From the human T2T-CHM13v2.0 reference genome, Homo sapiens, in NCBI RefSeq assembly GCF_009914755.1, contig NC_060930.1: a DNA stretch of 64,000 nt; one strand, written 5' to 3'. The notes under the pieces were generated by a model. The model did no database searches and was not told the origin of the DNA. It saw only the letters and a program-made list of their open reading frames with translations. The translations under genes were made by a program, and so were the position numbers. Shown here one piece after another: positions 12,225-26,177 of the stretch (positions within the stretch are counted from its first letter, which is position 1; each line of letters begins with the position of its first letter).

Positions 12225-13255
12225 TAAAAAATTAAATTTTTAATTATTTTGGGTACATATAGTTGTATTTATGGGGTAGGTGTGATGATTTGATACAGGC
12301 ATGTAAATAAGGATAATTGTGTTATTCATCATTTCAAGCATTTATCATATCTTTGTGTTACAAACATTCCAATTCCACTCTTAGTTATTTTACAATATAC
12401 AATAAATTATTGTTAACTATAGTCACCAATATTTATGGATTGGATTCCTCCAATCCATAAACATAGACCATCTTTTCATTTTTTACATGTATCCTCTTAA
12501 ATTTCTTTTATCAGTGTTTTATAGTCTTCATTATAGAGATATTTCACTACTTTGTTAAGTTTATTTCTAGATATTTTGTTTTATCGCTATTGTAAATGGG
12601 ATTATTGGGAGGGTCAGATTGTTTGCAGTTGGCATATAGAAATACTATTGTTTTTTTTGCATGTTTATTTTGTAGCCTGCAACTTTACTAAATTTATTTA
12701 ACATTTCAAATTGTTTTTTGAAGGAGTCTTTAGGTTTTCCTAAATGTAAGATCACATTGCCTGCAAACAAGAATAATTTGACTTTTTTTTTCTTTCCAAT
12801 TTGGATTCCATTTATTTCTTTCTCATGTCTAATTGCTTCATCTAGGACTTTCTGTACTACGATGAATAACAGGGGTTAAAGTGGCCATCCTTGTCATGTT
12901 TCAGTTCTTAGAGGAAAGGCTTTCAGTTTTCCCCCATTTTGTATGATATTAGCTGTGGATCTGAGGTATATGGTTTTTATCATGATGAGGTATGTTTCTT
13001 CTGTACTCAGTTTTTTGAGAGCTTTTAACCATAAAGAGATATTGAATTTTATTGACTGCTTTTTTAGCATCAGTTGAAATGATCTTATGGTTTTTGCCCT
13101 TCATTCTGTTGATGTTATGTTTTATGTATCACATTTGCTGATCTGCATGTGTTGAGCCATGCTTGCATCCTGACATGAATCCGACTTGTTCATGATGAAT
13201 TATTGTTTTAATGTTTGTTGAATTCATTTTTCTAGTATTTTGATGGAGAGTTTTT
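12225..13255 (-). mobile_element. L1MA-class element; the 3' terminus is joined at ~12428 to ORF2 sequence (internal deletion)
   Basis: L1MA 3' end (AAACATTCCAATTCCACTCTTAGTTATTTT) followed by antisense ORF2 (GTGGCCATCCTTGTCATGTTTCAGTTCTTAGAGGAAAGGCTTTCAG). Confidence 0.85.
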
Positions 13256-13459
13256 GTCCATGTGGACTCAGTTTCCATTAATAAAAGCATAGGTTAGATG
13301 TCTCACATTTAAGCCCAATTTTTTAAAAAAGAGGGAGGGTGGAATTTGTCATAATAATATTTGAATGTCTCATGTAATCAAGTAATAATATCTGGTCTTC
13401 AGGACCTCTGTACCTTTCTGCATGTCTTCTTCATCGCTCTCTCTAATCATCACTACCAG

Positions 13460-13690
13460 TGGCTTCAAACTTGGGTTTGAACATGGTGCTGCCATTTATC
13501 AGCTTTTTCCCCTTGGAAAAGTTACTTAATTTCTCAGTACTTAATTTTGTTAATGTATAAAATGGGTTTGAAAATAGTAGCACCTACTTGATTGGGTTAT
13601 TACAAAGACTGAATCAGTTGCTGTATATAAAACACATAGAACAGTTGCCTGGCATAGCAAGCATTCTAGAAGTGTTAGTAATTGTTACTT
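13460..13690 (+). mobile_element. MIR
   Basis: CCTTGGAAAAGTTACTTAATTTCTCAG...TATAAAATGGG...GCCTGGCATAG. Confidence 0.8.
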
Positions 13691-14574
13691 GTATTCCAAC
13701 ATCTCCACCAAAGTTTTACCCATAGCCATTAACTTTTAAAATAAGAAAAATTAGATTTTTCTGAAGTAGTTCACTAAAGGATGAAGATTACCACAATAAT
13801 TTTTACCATCTAATTTAATTAGCAAAATTAAAGCACCATTTTATTTTTAAAAAATTGACAAAGGCTCTAGAATGTGGACAGAGTCATTCTACCTGGTTAG
13901 GTCAATGTTTTGCCATACAAAACATCTTCATACAGCTGTCTGGATCACAGTAACCTTGGGACAACCTTGAGTGGCTATGAAAAATCGGTGCTACAGCATA
14001 CACTAGAAGTTAACTAAATGAATGAGAACAAATGGAAGCCAAGAACAGGAATGTAAACTAGATGCCTCACCTGCCACCTATGTGCAACCTATGGCCACAA
14101 ATTCTAAAATGGGGCATCAGGAAATAATGGAAAAACAAAAACTGATATTTTGTTTTGCTTTGTTTTTGTCCTTGTATTCTTCCCAGGGTTCTGTCTTACT
14201 GAATTTGGTCCTTTACTTAGCCCATTAAATAATTCTGAAGGAGAGGCAATAGCGCCTCTTAGATTATCTTATGACCAATCTTATTTACATTGTCAAACCT
14301 TGTATTTTACCCTATTTCTTGATCATCAATTTAAATATGAATATTTCAAGTATAGCAAAAATAATGAACAAGCAAAATAAAGAGGCTGAATGAACAAGTC
14401 AAAAAAAGGGATTTCAATAGTGGGTACTCTTAAGGAATGACAGAGTTAAGAGAAAAATTCAGGTTGAGAAAATGAGACAAAAAGAGAACATTATAGTTGT
14501 TGAAGGATGCTTGCTACTTAATTCAAATGTTTTATAGGGTTTGACACACCTAGGATTTGAAGGGAAAGTTATAA

Positions 14575-14770
14575 AGCTAGCCACATGTATTGGCACTTAC
14601 AATGTCAAAGTACTCTTCTACCAGCTTCATATGTACTAATTTATTTTATTCTCATAACTTTATGCATAATACCTCATTCCCACTACAATTGAGGAAGCTA
14701 AGCCCAGAATAGCTAAGTAAGGTTATGTAAAGTCACACAACTAGTAAGAAACAGAGCCAGGACTTGAAAA
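14575..14770 (-). mobile_element. MIR
   Basis: GAGGAAGCTAAGCCCAGA...AAGTCACACAACTAGTAAG...AGAGCCAGGACTTGAA. Confidence 0.8.
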
Positions 14771-15369
14771 TTTGATAATATATAGGAAGCCCAAGACCTT
14801 CAAATCTATCTTTTATTATTCTACTTTGAAAAATAACTAGATTGGAAGCTGAATACTATCAAGCAAAACTCAAGAGCTAAACTAAAAGCATGAGAATAAA
14901 GGGAGCCAAAAATTGCTCGTACTTACAGCCAAGCATTATGAAAAGGAGTGTGAGGAGATATTAATAAACAAAAACTTATATTTTGTTCTATTTTGTTTTT
15001 GTCCTTATGTTCTTCCCAGGACACATTAAAATGAATGCTATTGAGGTTAAGAAAGTCCTATGTGAGAATGAGAGTATGACCTCTATGATTACATTTGCCA
15101 ACATAAGAAAAGACAGAAGTAGGTGTTATTATTATACTTTTTTACAAGGTCTTGGATTTAAAAATAGAATTCTCTTAAAAAGAAGAGAATTTTTTCTTAT
15201 CTTATTTAGAAAAACACTATGGAATATTTTTAGCTTTTGAGAATCATGGATTCAACTAAACAGAAAACTCAGAGACAATTGAATAAATGAAAACAAGATA
15301 TTTGCATGATTCATTTCAAGTTTCAATTTTAAATAAAAACAGCAAAGACTTAAGGAGAAAAATAGCATT

Positions 15370-18300
15370 ATATTACCAATAGGCAGAATTTACCCCCCTG
15401 GTATAGAAATACGGATTAAAATTCAGAAATCGTTTACATTGGTACAGAATATCAATATGTGAAAGTATTTTTAAAAATCATATGATAGTCATAATATATG
15501 CCACAAGTTATTTGCTAAGATCCAATATTCATGACTAAAAACAACTGTTAAACATTATAAATGAAAACATATTTTAGCATGTTAAGAATTCATGTTTAAA
15601 ACCAATAATCAGCATTCTTTCTAATAATAAAAATACTAAGAATGTGATGAAGCACTTAATATTGTTTTAAAATCAGGAAGAACAACAAAATGCCCATGCT
15701 GTTGTGAAATAGAAACTAGTCATATGATTATTGATAACTGATATGGTTTGGATTTGTGTTCCCACCCAAATCTCATGTTGAATTGTAGGAGGGGCCCTGA
15801 TTAGATCATAGGTATGAAATTCCCCCTTGCTCTTCTCATTATAATGAGTGAGTTCTCATGAAATCTGATGGTTTAAAAGTGTGTGGCACTTCCCTCTTAG
15901 CATTCTCATTATCCTGCTGCCATGTGAACAAAGTGCTAGCTTACCCTTCACCTTCCAACATGATTGTAAGTTTCCTGAGGACTCCCAGTCATGCTTCCTG
16001 TTAATTCTGTGGAACTGTGAGTCAATTAAACCTCTTTTCTTCCTAAATTATCCAGTTTCAGGTAACTCTTTATAGTAGTGTGAGAATGGACTAATACAGA
16101 AAATTGGCATTACAAGAATGGGGCACTGCTATAAAGATACCTGAAGATGTGGAAGGGACTTTGGAACTGAGTATTGGGCAGAGCTTGGAAGAGTTTGGAG
16201 GGCTCAGAAGAAGACAGAAAGATATGGGAGAGTTTGGAACTTCCTAGAGACTTGTTGAATGGTTTTGACCAAAATGCTGATAGTGATATGGACAACGAAG
16301 TCTAGGGAGAGGTGATCTCAGATAGAGATGAGGAACTTATTGGGAAATGGAGTAAAGGTCACTCTTCCTATGCTTTAGCAAAGAGATGGGTGGCATTTTA
16401 TCCCTGCCCTAGAGATCTGTGGAACCTTGAACTTAAGAAATATGATTTAGAGTACCTGGTGGAAGAAATTTCTAAGCAGCAAAGCCCTCAAGATGTGACC
16501 TGGCTGTTTCTAAAAGTGTTTACTTATATGTGTGGACAAAGAGAGGATCTAAAACTGAAACCTACATTTAAAAGGGAAGCAGAGCATAGAAGTTTAGAAA
16601 ATTTGCAGCCTTGTCATGTTGTGGAAAAGAAAAACTTGTTTTTTGGAAAGAAATTCAAGCCTGCTGCAGAAATTTGCATAAGTAAGGAGGAGATGAATAT
16701 TAATAGCCATGACAATAAGGAAAATGTCTCCAGGCCATTTGAGAGACCAGCAGCCCCTACCATCACAGATCCAGAGGCCTAGGAGAAAAAAATAGTTTTA
16801 TGGGCCAGGCCCAGGACGCAGCAGCTCTGTGCAGCCTCAGGACATGGCACCCTGCATCCCAGCCATTCCAGGTCTAGCCTTGGCTAAAAGGGGCCAAGGT
16901 ACACCTTGGGCCCCAAGCCTTGGCGGTGTTGGGTGTTGGGTGTTAGTGCTGGGCCTGCACGTGTGCAAAAGGCAATAATTAAGGTTTGGGAGCCGCCTCT
17001 TAAATTTCAGAGGATGTATGGAAATGCCTGGATGTCCAGGCAGAAGTTTTCTGCAGGGGCAGAGCCCTCGTGGAGAACCTCAACTAGGGCAGTGTGGAGG
17101 AGAAATGTGGGGTTGGAGGTACCACACAGAGCCTCCACTGGGACACTGCCTAATGGAGCTGTCAGAAGAAGGCCACCCTTCTCCAGACCCCAGAATGGTA
17201 GAGTCAGAGAGCTTACACTGTACCCCTGGAAATGACTCAGGCACTCAATGTCAGCCCATGAAAGCAGCCATGTAGGCTATATCTTGCAGAGTAAAAGGGA
17301 CAGAGATGCCCAAGGCCTTGGGAGCCCATCTCTTGCATCAGTGTGCCCTGGATGTGACACCTGGAGTCAAAGTAGATTGTTTTGTAGTTTTAAGATTTAA
17401 TTACTACCCTGAGAGGTTTCAGACTTGTACAGGACCTGTAGCCCCTTTGTTTTAGTGAATTTCTCCTATTTGGAATAAGGGCATTTACCCAATTCCTGTA
17501 CCTTCCTTGTATTTCGGAAGCTACTAAATTGTTTCCTATTTTGCAGGCTCATAGGTGGAAGGGATTTACTTTGTCTCAGATAAGACTTTGGACTATGGAG
17601 TTAATTTTTTGAGTTAATGCTGAAATGAGTCAAGACTGGGGGACTGTTGAGAAGAGATATTTGTATTTTGCAATATGATGACATGAGCTTTGATAGAGGG
17701 TCCAGGGGCAGAGTGATATGGTTTGGATCTGTGTCTCTGCCCAATTCTCATGTCGAATTTGAGGAGGGGCCTGGTGGAGGGTGATTGGATCATGCGGGTA
17801 ATTTCCCCCTTTCTGTTCTCATGATGGTGACTGAGTTCTCATGAGATCTGATGGCTTAAGAGTGTGTAGCACTTCCCACTTCGTGATCTCTCTCTCTCTC
17901 TGTCTCTCTCTCTCCTGCCACCACATGAAGAAGGTGTTAGCTTCTCCTTCACCTTCCACCATGAAGTTCTTTATAGCAGTGTGGGAACAAACTAATACAA
18001 TAACTATAGACATAAATACACTAGAACTTCACCATTGTCCACTAAACCTCATTAAAATGTTTAGAGCTTATGAAATAATTTGGTAAATTATCTGGTTATA
18101 ATATACAAATATCAATAGCTATCATCTGTATCAACAACAATTGATATGACCTATTTCGCATTGGCAACCATAATCCTAAAACATCTAAAAATTAGCTTTC
18201 CTTAGAGGCTGGTAGGACGAAAACTATAAAAGTCTACTGCAAAAGATAGAGCACTTTAATAATTGGAGGCATATGCCAAGATCCTAGAGAGTAAGTTTGA

Positions 18301-18500
18301 ATATTTTGAAGATATTATTTTACCAAATTAATTTTATGTTTAATATGAGTCTAATAAAAATTCCAATGGGATTGTTTTTGGTCTTGATGAAATGCTTCAA
18401 AAGTTCCTATGCCACAATAATGAAGAAGATTTTCTAAAATATTTTTAAAAGATGAGTAACTAGGGGGAACTAGCTTATAGCTATTAAAAGATACTGGAAA
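15370..18500 (+). mobile_element. Old L1M ORF2 fragment split by the MSTA insertion
   Basis: Degenerate ORF2 motifs on both sides (AATCATATGAT..., AAATCAGGAAGAACAACAAAATGCCC; ATACAAATATCAATAGC). Confidence 0.6.
15739..17999 (+). mobile_element. Full-length MaLR element (MSTA: LTR 15739-16098, internal, LTR 17714-17999)
   Basis: TGATATGGTTTGGAT...CTAATACA LTRs; polypurine tract before the 3' LTR; 5-bp TSD ATAAC (15734-15738 / 18000-18004); internal ORF relic 16312-16782. Confidence 0.93.
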
Positions 18501-18729
18501 CCTATATTGTCTTTTATGGCTGCTCTGTTTTTGATATTTAGTGATAATTCACATATTTTATAGTTAAATTTTGTTCATAAAAATAATATTGTGTATACAA
18601 TCTTGTCTAAATTACTTACATATGTTCAAATAAAGTGATCAAAGAGTTAACACACAGAAAATTAGTATTTCAGGCATTAGAGACTCACATTGATTTGAAA
18701 TATATGCCACTTACGAATAGTATATAGAA

Positions 18730-19280
18730 ATGCATCATAGCTGTTTTTGTTGCTGCCCAAATTCAGATACCTTTCATCTCTCCCCTGACTATTGAAATAA
18801 TTTTTTACCTGGTCTACTCAGTTTCTGCAATACATCATTCACAGAGCTGAGAACGTTACCTGTACAAAAATAAATAACACACTTCTTCCAACCATTGGTG
18901 TTTCCCTGTTAGCTACTCAGCTGACATGTCAGTGTGGCTCACTGCACAGCTCTAACCTCATTCCCCCCACCCTTCTGCTATGAACTTATGTCCCAGCTGC
19001 CCAGAACATCTTATCCACAATCTCTTATTTATATCATGGTCACTGTTCTTTGCACATAATTTTCCTCCTGACTAGAATGCTATTGCAATATTCTATTCAA
19101 ACACATCCCAATACTGTGAGTCTTAATTTAGATATCAAATTTTTCATTATTTTTATTTTTGCTATTTCATGAAAGGTCTATGATGGCAGTGGCTAGGTGG
19201 CCTCCCTCTCCATCTGCAATACCTAGACCAGGGCCTGCCACATAGTGGAAGCTCAATAAATATCTGTGACATGAATGAAC
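18730..19280 (+). mobile_element. L2 fragment
   Basis: Ends GGGCCTGCCACATAGTGGAAGCTCAATAAATATCTGTGACATGAATGAA. Confidence 0.7.
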
Positions 19281-20026
19281 AACTACTACAGCTGTATCAC
19301 ATTTTTTATAATTATTTGCTTAATTTTTTTACACTATTTGAGAATAAGAATGTGTTTGGAGGGTTTTTTGTTTTAAGTTTGTTCTCAATGCCTGAGCACA
19401 TGGTCCACTATTGCTGAAATGGAGCAGATAGTTTTAAAAAAAGGTTAAATGACTAAATAAGTAAATTTAAAAATATAATAGTACAACAAAGAATACAGGC
19501 ATTACAACTAGCACAAACTATAATAGTAACTATTTTTTAAAAGAGCCAGTGAATATGAATATATATGTATATATACACATATATATCAGTTATATATAGT
19601 GATATATATAGTTACATATATACTATTTTATAATTTTTTAATATTTGTTGCTACTGCAGGCAAATATGCTTAGATATTTTCACAGCATTCTTTTTATATA
19701 TTACATTATAACAAAATAACAATTATGACTCTTCAGCAGTCATTTTCTACTGTACTGCAAGTGTTAAGCACTGATGCTGTTTCATCACTTACATTACCCA
19801 TTTTAACCTAATAGGGACTTTCTGGAGAGCAGCCTTTCTTAAGGGTCCCTTTATTGTACAGAATCTTGAGCTTCAGTGCTAATTTTGTAATTTCTTTTTG
19901 TCAAACACTTAGCATTACTTGTGTATCACTCCCCAGGGAATTGTTTTCTGAGTAAACAAAAATGCAAATTAAAACTTGAGAAAAATGCTAAAAATAACAT
20001 TTTTGAGCACTCTCAATAATATCGCA

Positions 20027-20030
20027 TATA

Positions 20031-20084
<54 letters not shown>
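20027..20084. repeat. (TG)n(TA)n microsatellite
   Basis: Visible run. Confidence 0.95.
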
Positions 20085-20085
<1 letters not shown>

Positions 20086-20291
20086 CAGACAGTCTAATTA
20101 CAAATCCCACATATATCTTTTATAAAAATTTTATTAAGATATCTCTGTAGAGAAAAATGAATATATTCACTTTCTATCTGTAGAGTTATTTGAGGGCAAT
20201 AAGTCTGACAGTTTTTTAAAGAATTCTGTCATTAAAATTTGTCTTTAATTCAGATTATTCAAATCAGCCTAAATTACCAATATTTATTTTA

Positions 20292-22626
20292 TAGACATAC
20301 CTTGTTTTATTGTGCTTTGCTTTATTGTACTTTGCAGATATTGTGTTTTTTACAAATTGAAGGTTTGTCACAATCCTGTGTCAGCAAGACTTTCCTGTAA
20401 GTGCTATTCTTCTAACAGCATATGCTCATTTCATGTCTCTTTGTCGTATTTTGGAAAGTCTTGTAATATTCTAAGTTTTTTCATTATTATTGTATCTGTT
20501 ATAATGATATGTGATCAGTGATCTTTGAAGTTACTATTGTAATTGTAATCTTGGTGCACCACAAACCGTGCCCATATAATCAATAAATGTATGTGTTCTG
20601 AGTACTCCATTGACCAGCCTTTCCTCTATCTCTTTCCCACTACTCATGCCTCCTTATTCCCTCCAAAACAACAGTATTGAACTTAGCCCAGTAAATAATT
20701 CTACCATGGCCTCTAAGTGTTCAAGTGAAACGAAGAGTTGCATATCATTTACTTAAAATAAAAGGCTAGAAATAATTAAGCTTAGTGAGGAGCACATGTT
20801 GACAACCAAGATAGCCAAGAGGCTCTTGAAGGAAATTAAAAGTGCTACTCCAGTGAAGCCATGAATGATAAAAAAAAAAAAAAATCGAAATAGCCTATTA
20901 CCTATATGGAGAAAGTTTTAGCAGTCTTGGTAGAAGATCAAACCAGCTGCAACATGTCCTTAAGCCATAGCTTAATCACTGCAAGACTCTAACTCTCTTC
21001 AATTCTATGAAGGCAAAAAGAGGTGAGGAAACTGAATAAAAGTTTCAAGCTAGCAGAGGTTAGTTTATGAGGTTGAAGAAAAGAAGCCATCTCCATAACA
21101 TAAAAATGCAAGGTGAAGCAGCAAAGTTGCAGCAGGTTATGAAGAAGATCTAGTTAAGATAATTGATCATTGATGAAGATGGGTACACTAAACAACAAAT
21201 TTCCCATTGCAGATGAAACAGTGTTATATTAGAAAAAGGTGTTATCTAGGATTTTCATGGCTCAAGAGGAGAAGTCAATGCCTGGCTTCACAGCTTCAAA
21301 GGACAGGCTGACTTTCTTGTTATAGGTTAATGTATCTAATGACTTGAAGTTGAAGCCAATGCTCATTTATCATTCTGAAAATTCTAAGAGCCTTAAGAAT
21401 TATGCTAAAACTACTCTTCCTATGCCCTAGAAATGAAACAACAATGCTTAGATAACAGAGCATCTGCTTACAGCATGGTTTACTGAATATTTACAGCTCA
21501 TTGTTGAAACCTAATGCTAAAAAACAAAGATTCCTTTCAAAATACTACTGTTCATTGACAATGTACTAGGTCACCCAAGAGCTCTGATGAAGATGTACAC
21601 AGAGATTAATGTTGTTTCCAAGCCTGCTAACACAAGGTCCATTCTGAAGCCCATGGATCAAGAAATAATGTTAACTTTCAAATCCTATTATTTAATAATT
21701 ACATTTTGCCAGGCTAGAGCTGCCATAGACAATGATTCCTCTGATGTAGCTGGACAAAGGAAACTGGAAATCTTCCGGAAAAGATTCGCTATTCTAGATG
21801 CCATTAAGAACATGTGTGATTCATGGGAGGAGATCAAAATATCATTACAGGAGTCTGGAAGAACTGGATTCCAACCTTCATGAACGACTTTGAGGGGTCC
21901 AAGACTTCAGTGGAGGAAAATAATTGCAGATGTGATAGGAACAGTAAGACAAGTAGAATTAGAAGCGGAGCTTTGAAGATGTGACTGAATTGATGCAATC
22001 TCATGATAAAGCTTGAATGATGAAGTGTTGCCTCATATAGATGAGCAAAGAACGTGGTTTATTGACATAGAATCTATTCCTGGTAAAGATGCTATGAATG
22101 TTGTTGAAATGACAAAAAAAGATTTAGAATATCACATAAAGTTAGTTTACAAAGCAATGGCAGTGTTTGAGAGGACTGACTCCAACTTTGAAAAAAGTTT
22201 TACTGTGGATAAAATGCTGCCAAACATCCTTACATGCTACAGAGAAATCTTTTGAGAAAGAGTCAATCAATGCAGAAAAGTTCATTGTTATCTTATTTTA
22301 AGAAATCGTCATTACCACCTCAATCTTCAGCAACCACCATTCTGATCAGTCGGCAGCCATCACCATCAAAGCAAGACCCTCCATAAGCAATAAGATTATG
22401 ACTCTCTGAAGTGTCAGACATTCGTTAGCATATTTAGCAATAAATAATTTTTAACTCAAGGTATGCACACAGTTTTTTAAGATGTAATACTATTGCACCC
22501 TGAATAAACTATGAACATAACTTATGTATGTACCAAGAAACCAAACAATTTGTGTGATTTGCTTTATAGTGATACTTTATTGCAGTTGTCTGGAACCAAA
22601 CCCACGATGTCTCCAAGATTTGCCTG
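20292..22626 (+). mobile_element. Near full-length Tigger1 DNA transposon with a decayed transposase
   Basis: TIR relics TAGACATACCTTG and AAGATTTGCCTG with TA flanks; transposase fragments ([14 protein letters not shown]...FKSYYL; FERTDSNFEKS). Confidence 0.93.
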
Positions 22627-22728
22627 TATTTACAGGATTCAGGTAGCTTATCACTCTTTGTTACAAATTGTTTTCTCATGTGGCAAACTGTTCTGTTAAT
22701 GAGCAGATTTATACATTTAGATTTTTCT

Positions 22729-23017
<289 letters not shown>

Positions 23018-24182
23018 TAGATTTTTTTCTACTGAAAAAACTGTTTAAAAGAGAGACACGACTATACACGAGTTTGAATTTGGGATTAAGTTTGCTCATA
23101 ATGAAGTAAATAGAAAACAAATAAACCGAAAACGTCACATAACATTCAAATAAAAATAGAATGAGAGTATGTATTTGGGTATTTACCTTCCTTTATCTCA
23201 GATTAATATGGAATCTCATTTGACAGTTCTTTGATTATAATCAGTAAAACGTCCCCAAATCATTACCATCAATTTATACCACTTTCTCACGTAAAGCCTA
23301 AGAAGGTGGTACTTAATAAAAAGAACAGAGAGAGAGGGAAAAAAAAAGACTTTCTAAAAGTAGCTGATATATAAGAAAATCTATAAGGGAATGTAGCATG
23401 GTATCCAGCAAACACTTTGAGAACACAAATACTTTATTTATTTATATATCCTTATTTTTATTTAGTTTTATTAATTTAAAAAATATTTACTTGGTATAAA
23501 ATGTGACTTAGAGGATTGAACTTATCTATATTCATTATAGTAACACAAACCCATTTTGTCCATTTTTTCTAGTCATATAATTAGATTTAGCATGAACACA
23601 CACATTTAGACAGAAACCAGTAGCTACAGAAAATGCTTATACTGAGAAGAATTTCACTCAAGACTCCTGTTTTCTTTTTAAAAGTACAAAATGTCACAGA
23701 AATTATTGAGTGTTTCAAATGTCGCTACTGACACACAGCGGTTCAATTATTAATCTCTTGAAGAAAATACAAAGGACTAGGCCTTTTATCTTCTGAAATT
23801 ATGAAATGCCATCTCCACCTTTCCCTGGTGTTCTATGCCCTGGCCTTTAATCTTATTGCCTGAAGAGATTGGTATACCTCAAGTAATGGATCACTTCAGC
23901 ATAGAGGAAAAACAAAAGCTACCAGTAGCTATCCAAACCAGAAGCCCTGGAGACAAATTATAAAAGTGCAATTGTTAATTATCAAAGAACAACTTCTACC
24001 ATTATGCCAAAATATGGTAAATGTTTCCTTTGCTTTATGTCTCTTTTTTAATTTATTATTTATTTATCTATTTATTTATTTATTTATTTATTTATTTGTC
24101 CATGGTAGCCAAATTCCCTAATTGGGTTGTCGCTTGGAAAGAGTTAAAAGTCTGATGTGTTTATATCTGCCTTAATTCTGCT

Positions 24183-26177
24183 TCCATGCTCATGGATAGG
24201 AAGAATCAATATCATGAAAATGGCCATACTGCCCAAGGTAATTTATAGATTCAATGTCATCCCCATCAAGCTACCAACAATTTTCTTCACAGAATTGGGA
24301 AAAACTACTTTAAAGTTCATATGGAACAAAAAAGAGCCCACATTGCCAAGACAATCCTAAGCCAAAAGAACAAAACTGGAGGAATCATGCTACCTGACTT
24401 CAAACTATACTACAAGGCTACAGTAAACAAAACAGCATGGTGCTGGTACCAAAACAGAAATATAGACCAATGGAACAGAACAGAGCCCTCAGAAATAATA
24501 TCACACATCTACAACCATCTGATCTTTGACAAACCTGACAAAGACAAGATATGGGAAATGATACCCTATTTAGTAAATGGTGCTGGGAAAACTGGCTAGT
24601 CATATGCAGAAAGCTGAAACTGGATCCCTTCCTTACACCTTATATAAAAATTAATTCAAGATGCATTAAAGACTTACATGCTAGACCTAAAACCATAAAA
24701 ACCCTAGAAGAAAACCTAGGCAATACCATTCAGGACATAGGCACGGGCAAGGACTTCATGACTAAAACACCAAAAGCAATGGCAACAAAAACCAAAATTG
24801 ACAAATGGGATCTAATTAAACTAAAGAGCTTCTGCACAGTCAAAGAAACTACCATCAGAGTGAACAGGCAACCTACAGAATGGGATAAAATTTTTACAAT
24901 CTACCCATCTGACAAAGGGCTAATATCCAGAATCTACAAAGAACTTAAACAAATTTACAAGAAAAAAATCAAACAACCACATCCAAAAGTTGGTGAAGGA
25001 TATGAACAGACACTTCTCAAAAGAAGACATTTATGCAGCCAAAAGGCACATGAAAAATGCTCATCATCACTGGCCATCAGAGAAATGCAAATCAAAACCA
25101 CAATGAGATACCATCTCACACCAGTTAGAATGGCAATCATTAAAAAGTCAGGAAACCACAGGTGCTGGAGAGGATGTGGAGAAATAGGAGCACTTTTACA
25201 CCAACCATTGTGGAAGACAGTGTGGGATTCCTCAAGGATCTAGAACTAGAAATACCATTTGACCCAGCCATCTCATTACTGGGTATATACCCAAAGGATT
25301 ATAAATCATGCTGCTGTAAAGACACATGCACACGTATGTTTATTGTGGTACTATTCACAATAGCAAAGACTTGGAACCAACCCAAATGTCCAACAATGAT
25401 AGACTGGATTAAGAAAATGTGGCACATATACACCATGGAATACTATGCAGCCATAAAAAATGATGAGTTCATGTCCTTTGTAGGGACATGGATGAAATTG
25501 GAAACCATCATTCTCAGTAAACTATCGCAAGAACAAAAAAACCAAACACTGCATATTCTCACTCATAGGTGGGAATTGAACAATGAGATCACATGGACAC
25601 AGGAAGGGGAATATCACACTCTGGGGACTGTGGTGGGGTGGGGGGAGGGGGGAGGGATAGCATTGGGAGATATACCTAATGCTAGATGACACGTTAGTGG
25701 GTGCAGCGCACCAGCATGGCACATGTATACATATGTAACTAACTTGCACAATGTGCACATGTACCCTAAAACTTAGAGTATAATAAAAAAAAAAAAAAAT
25801 TAAAACTTGAAAAAAAAAAAAAAAGAAAATGTGGCACATACACACCATGGAATACTATGTAGCCATAAAAAAGGACGAGTTCATGTCCTTTTTAGGGACA
25901 TGGATGAAGCTGGAAACCATCATTCTCAGCAAACTATCACAAGGACAGAAAACCAAACACCGCATGTTCTCACTCATAGGTGGGAATTGAACAATGAGAA
26001 CACTTGGACACAGGATGGGGAACATTACACACCCGGGCCTGTTGCGGGGTGGGGGGAGTGGGGAGGGATAGCATTAGGAAAGATACCTAATGTAAATGAC
26101 GAGTTAATGGGTGCAGCACACCACAAACCTGCATGTTGTGCACTTGTACCCTAGAACTTAAAGTATAAAAAAAAAAA
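24183..26177 (+). mobile_element. 5'-truncated L1PA5/6-like element (host), carrying a younger L1 3' end inside it
   Basis: ORF2 C-terminal peptides 24157-25689; its own 3' UTR at 25823-26177 has older diagnostics (GAG at 26101-26103, AATGTAAATGAC). Confidence 0.88.
25411..25822 (+). mobile_element. Short L1HS pre-Ta-type 3' end
   Basis: GCTAGATGAC-ACG-TTAGTGGGTGCAGCGC (ACG 25691-25693), AACTTAGAGTAT (G 25776), GAGATCACATGG, poly(A). Confidence 0.85.
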
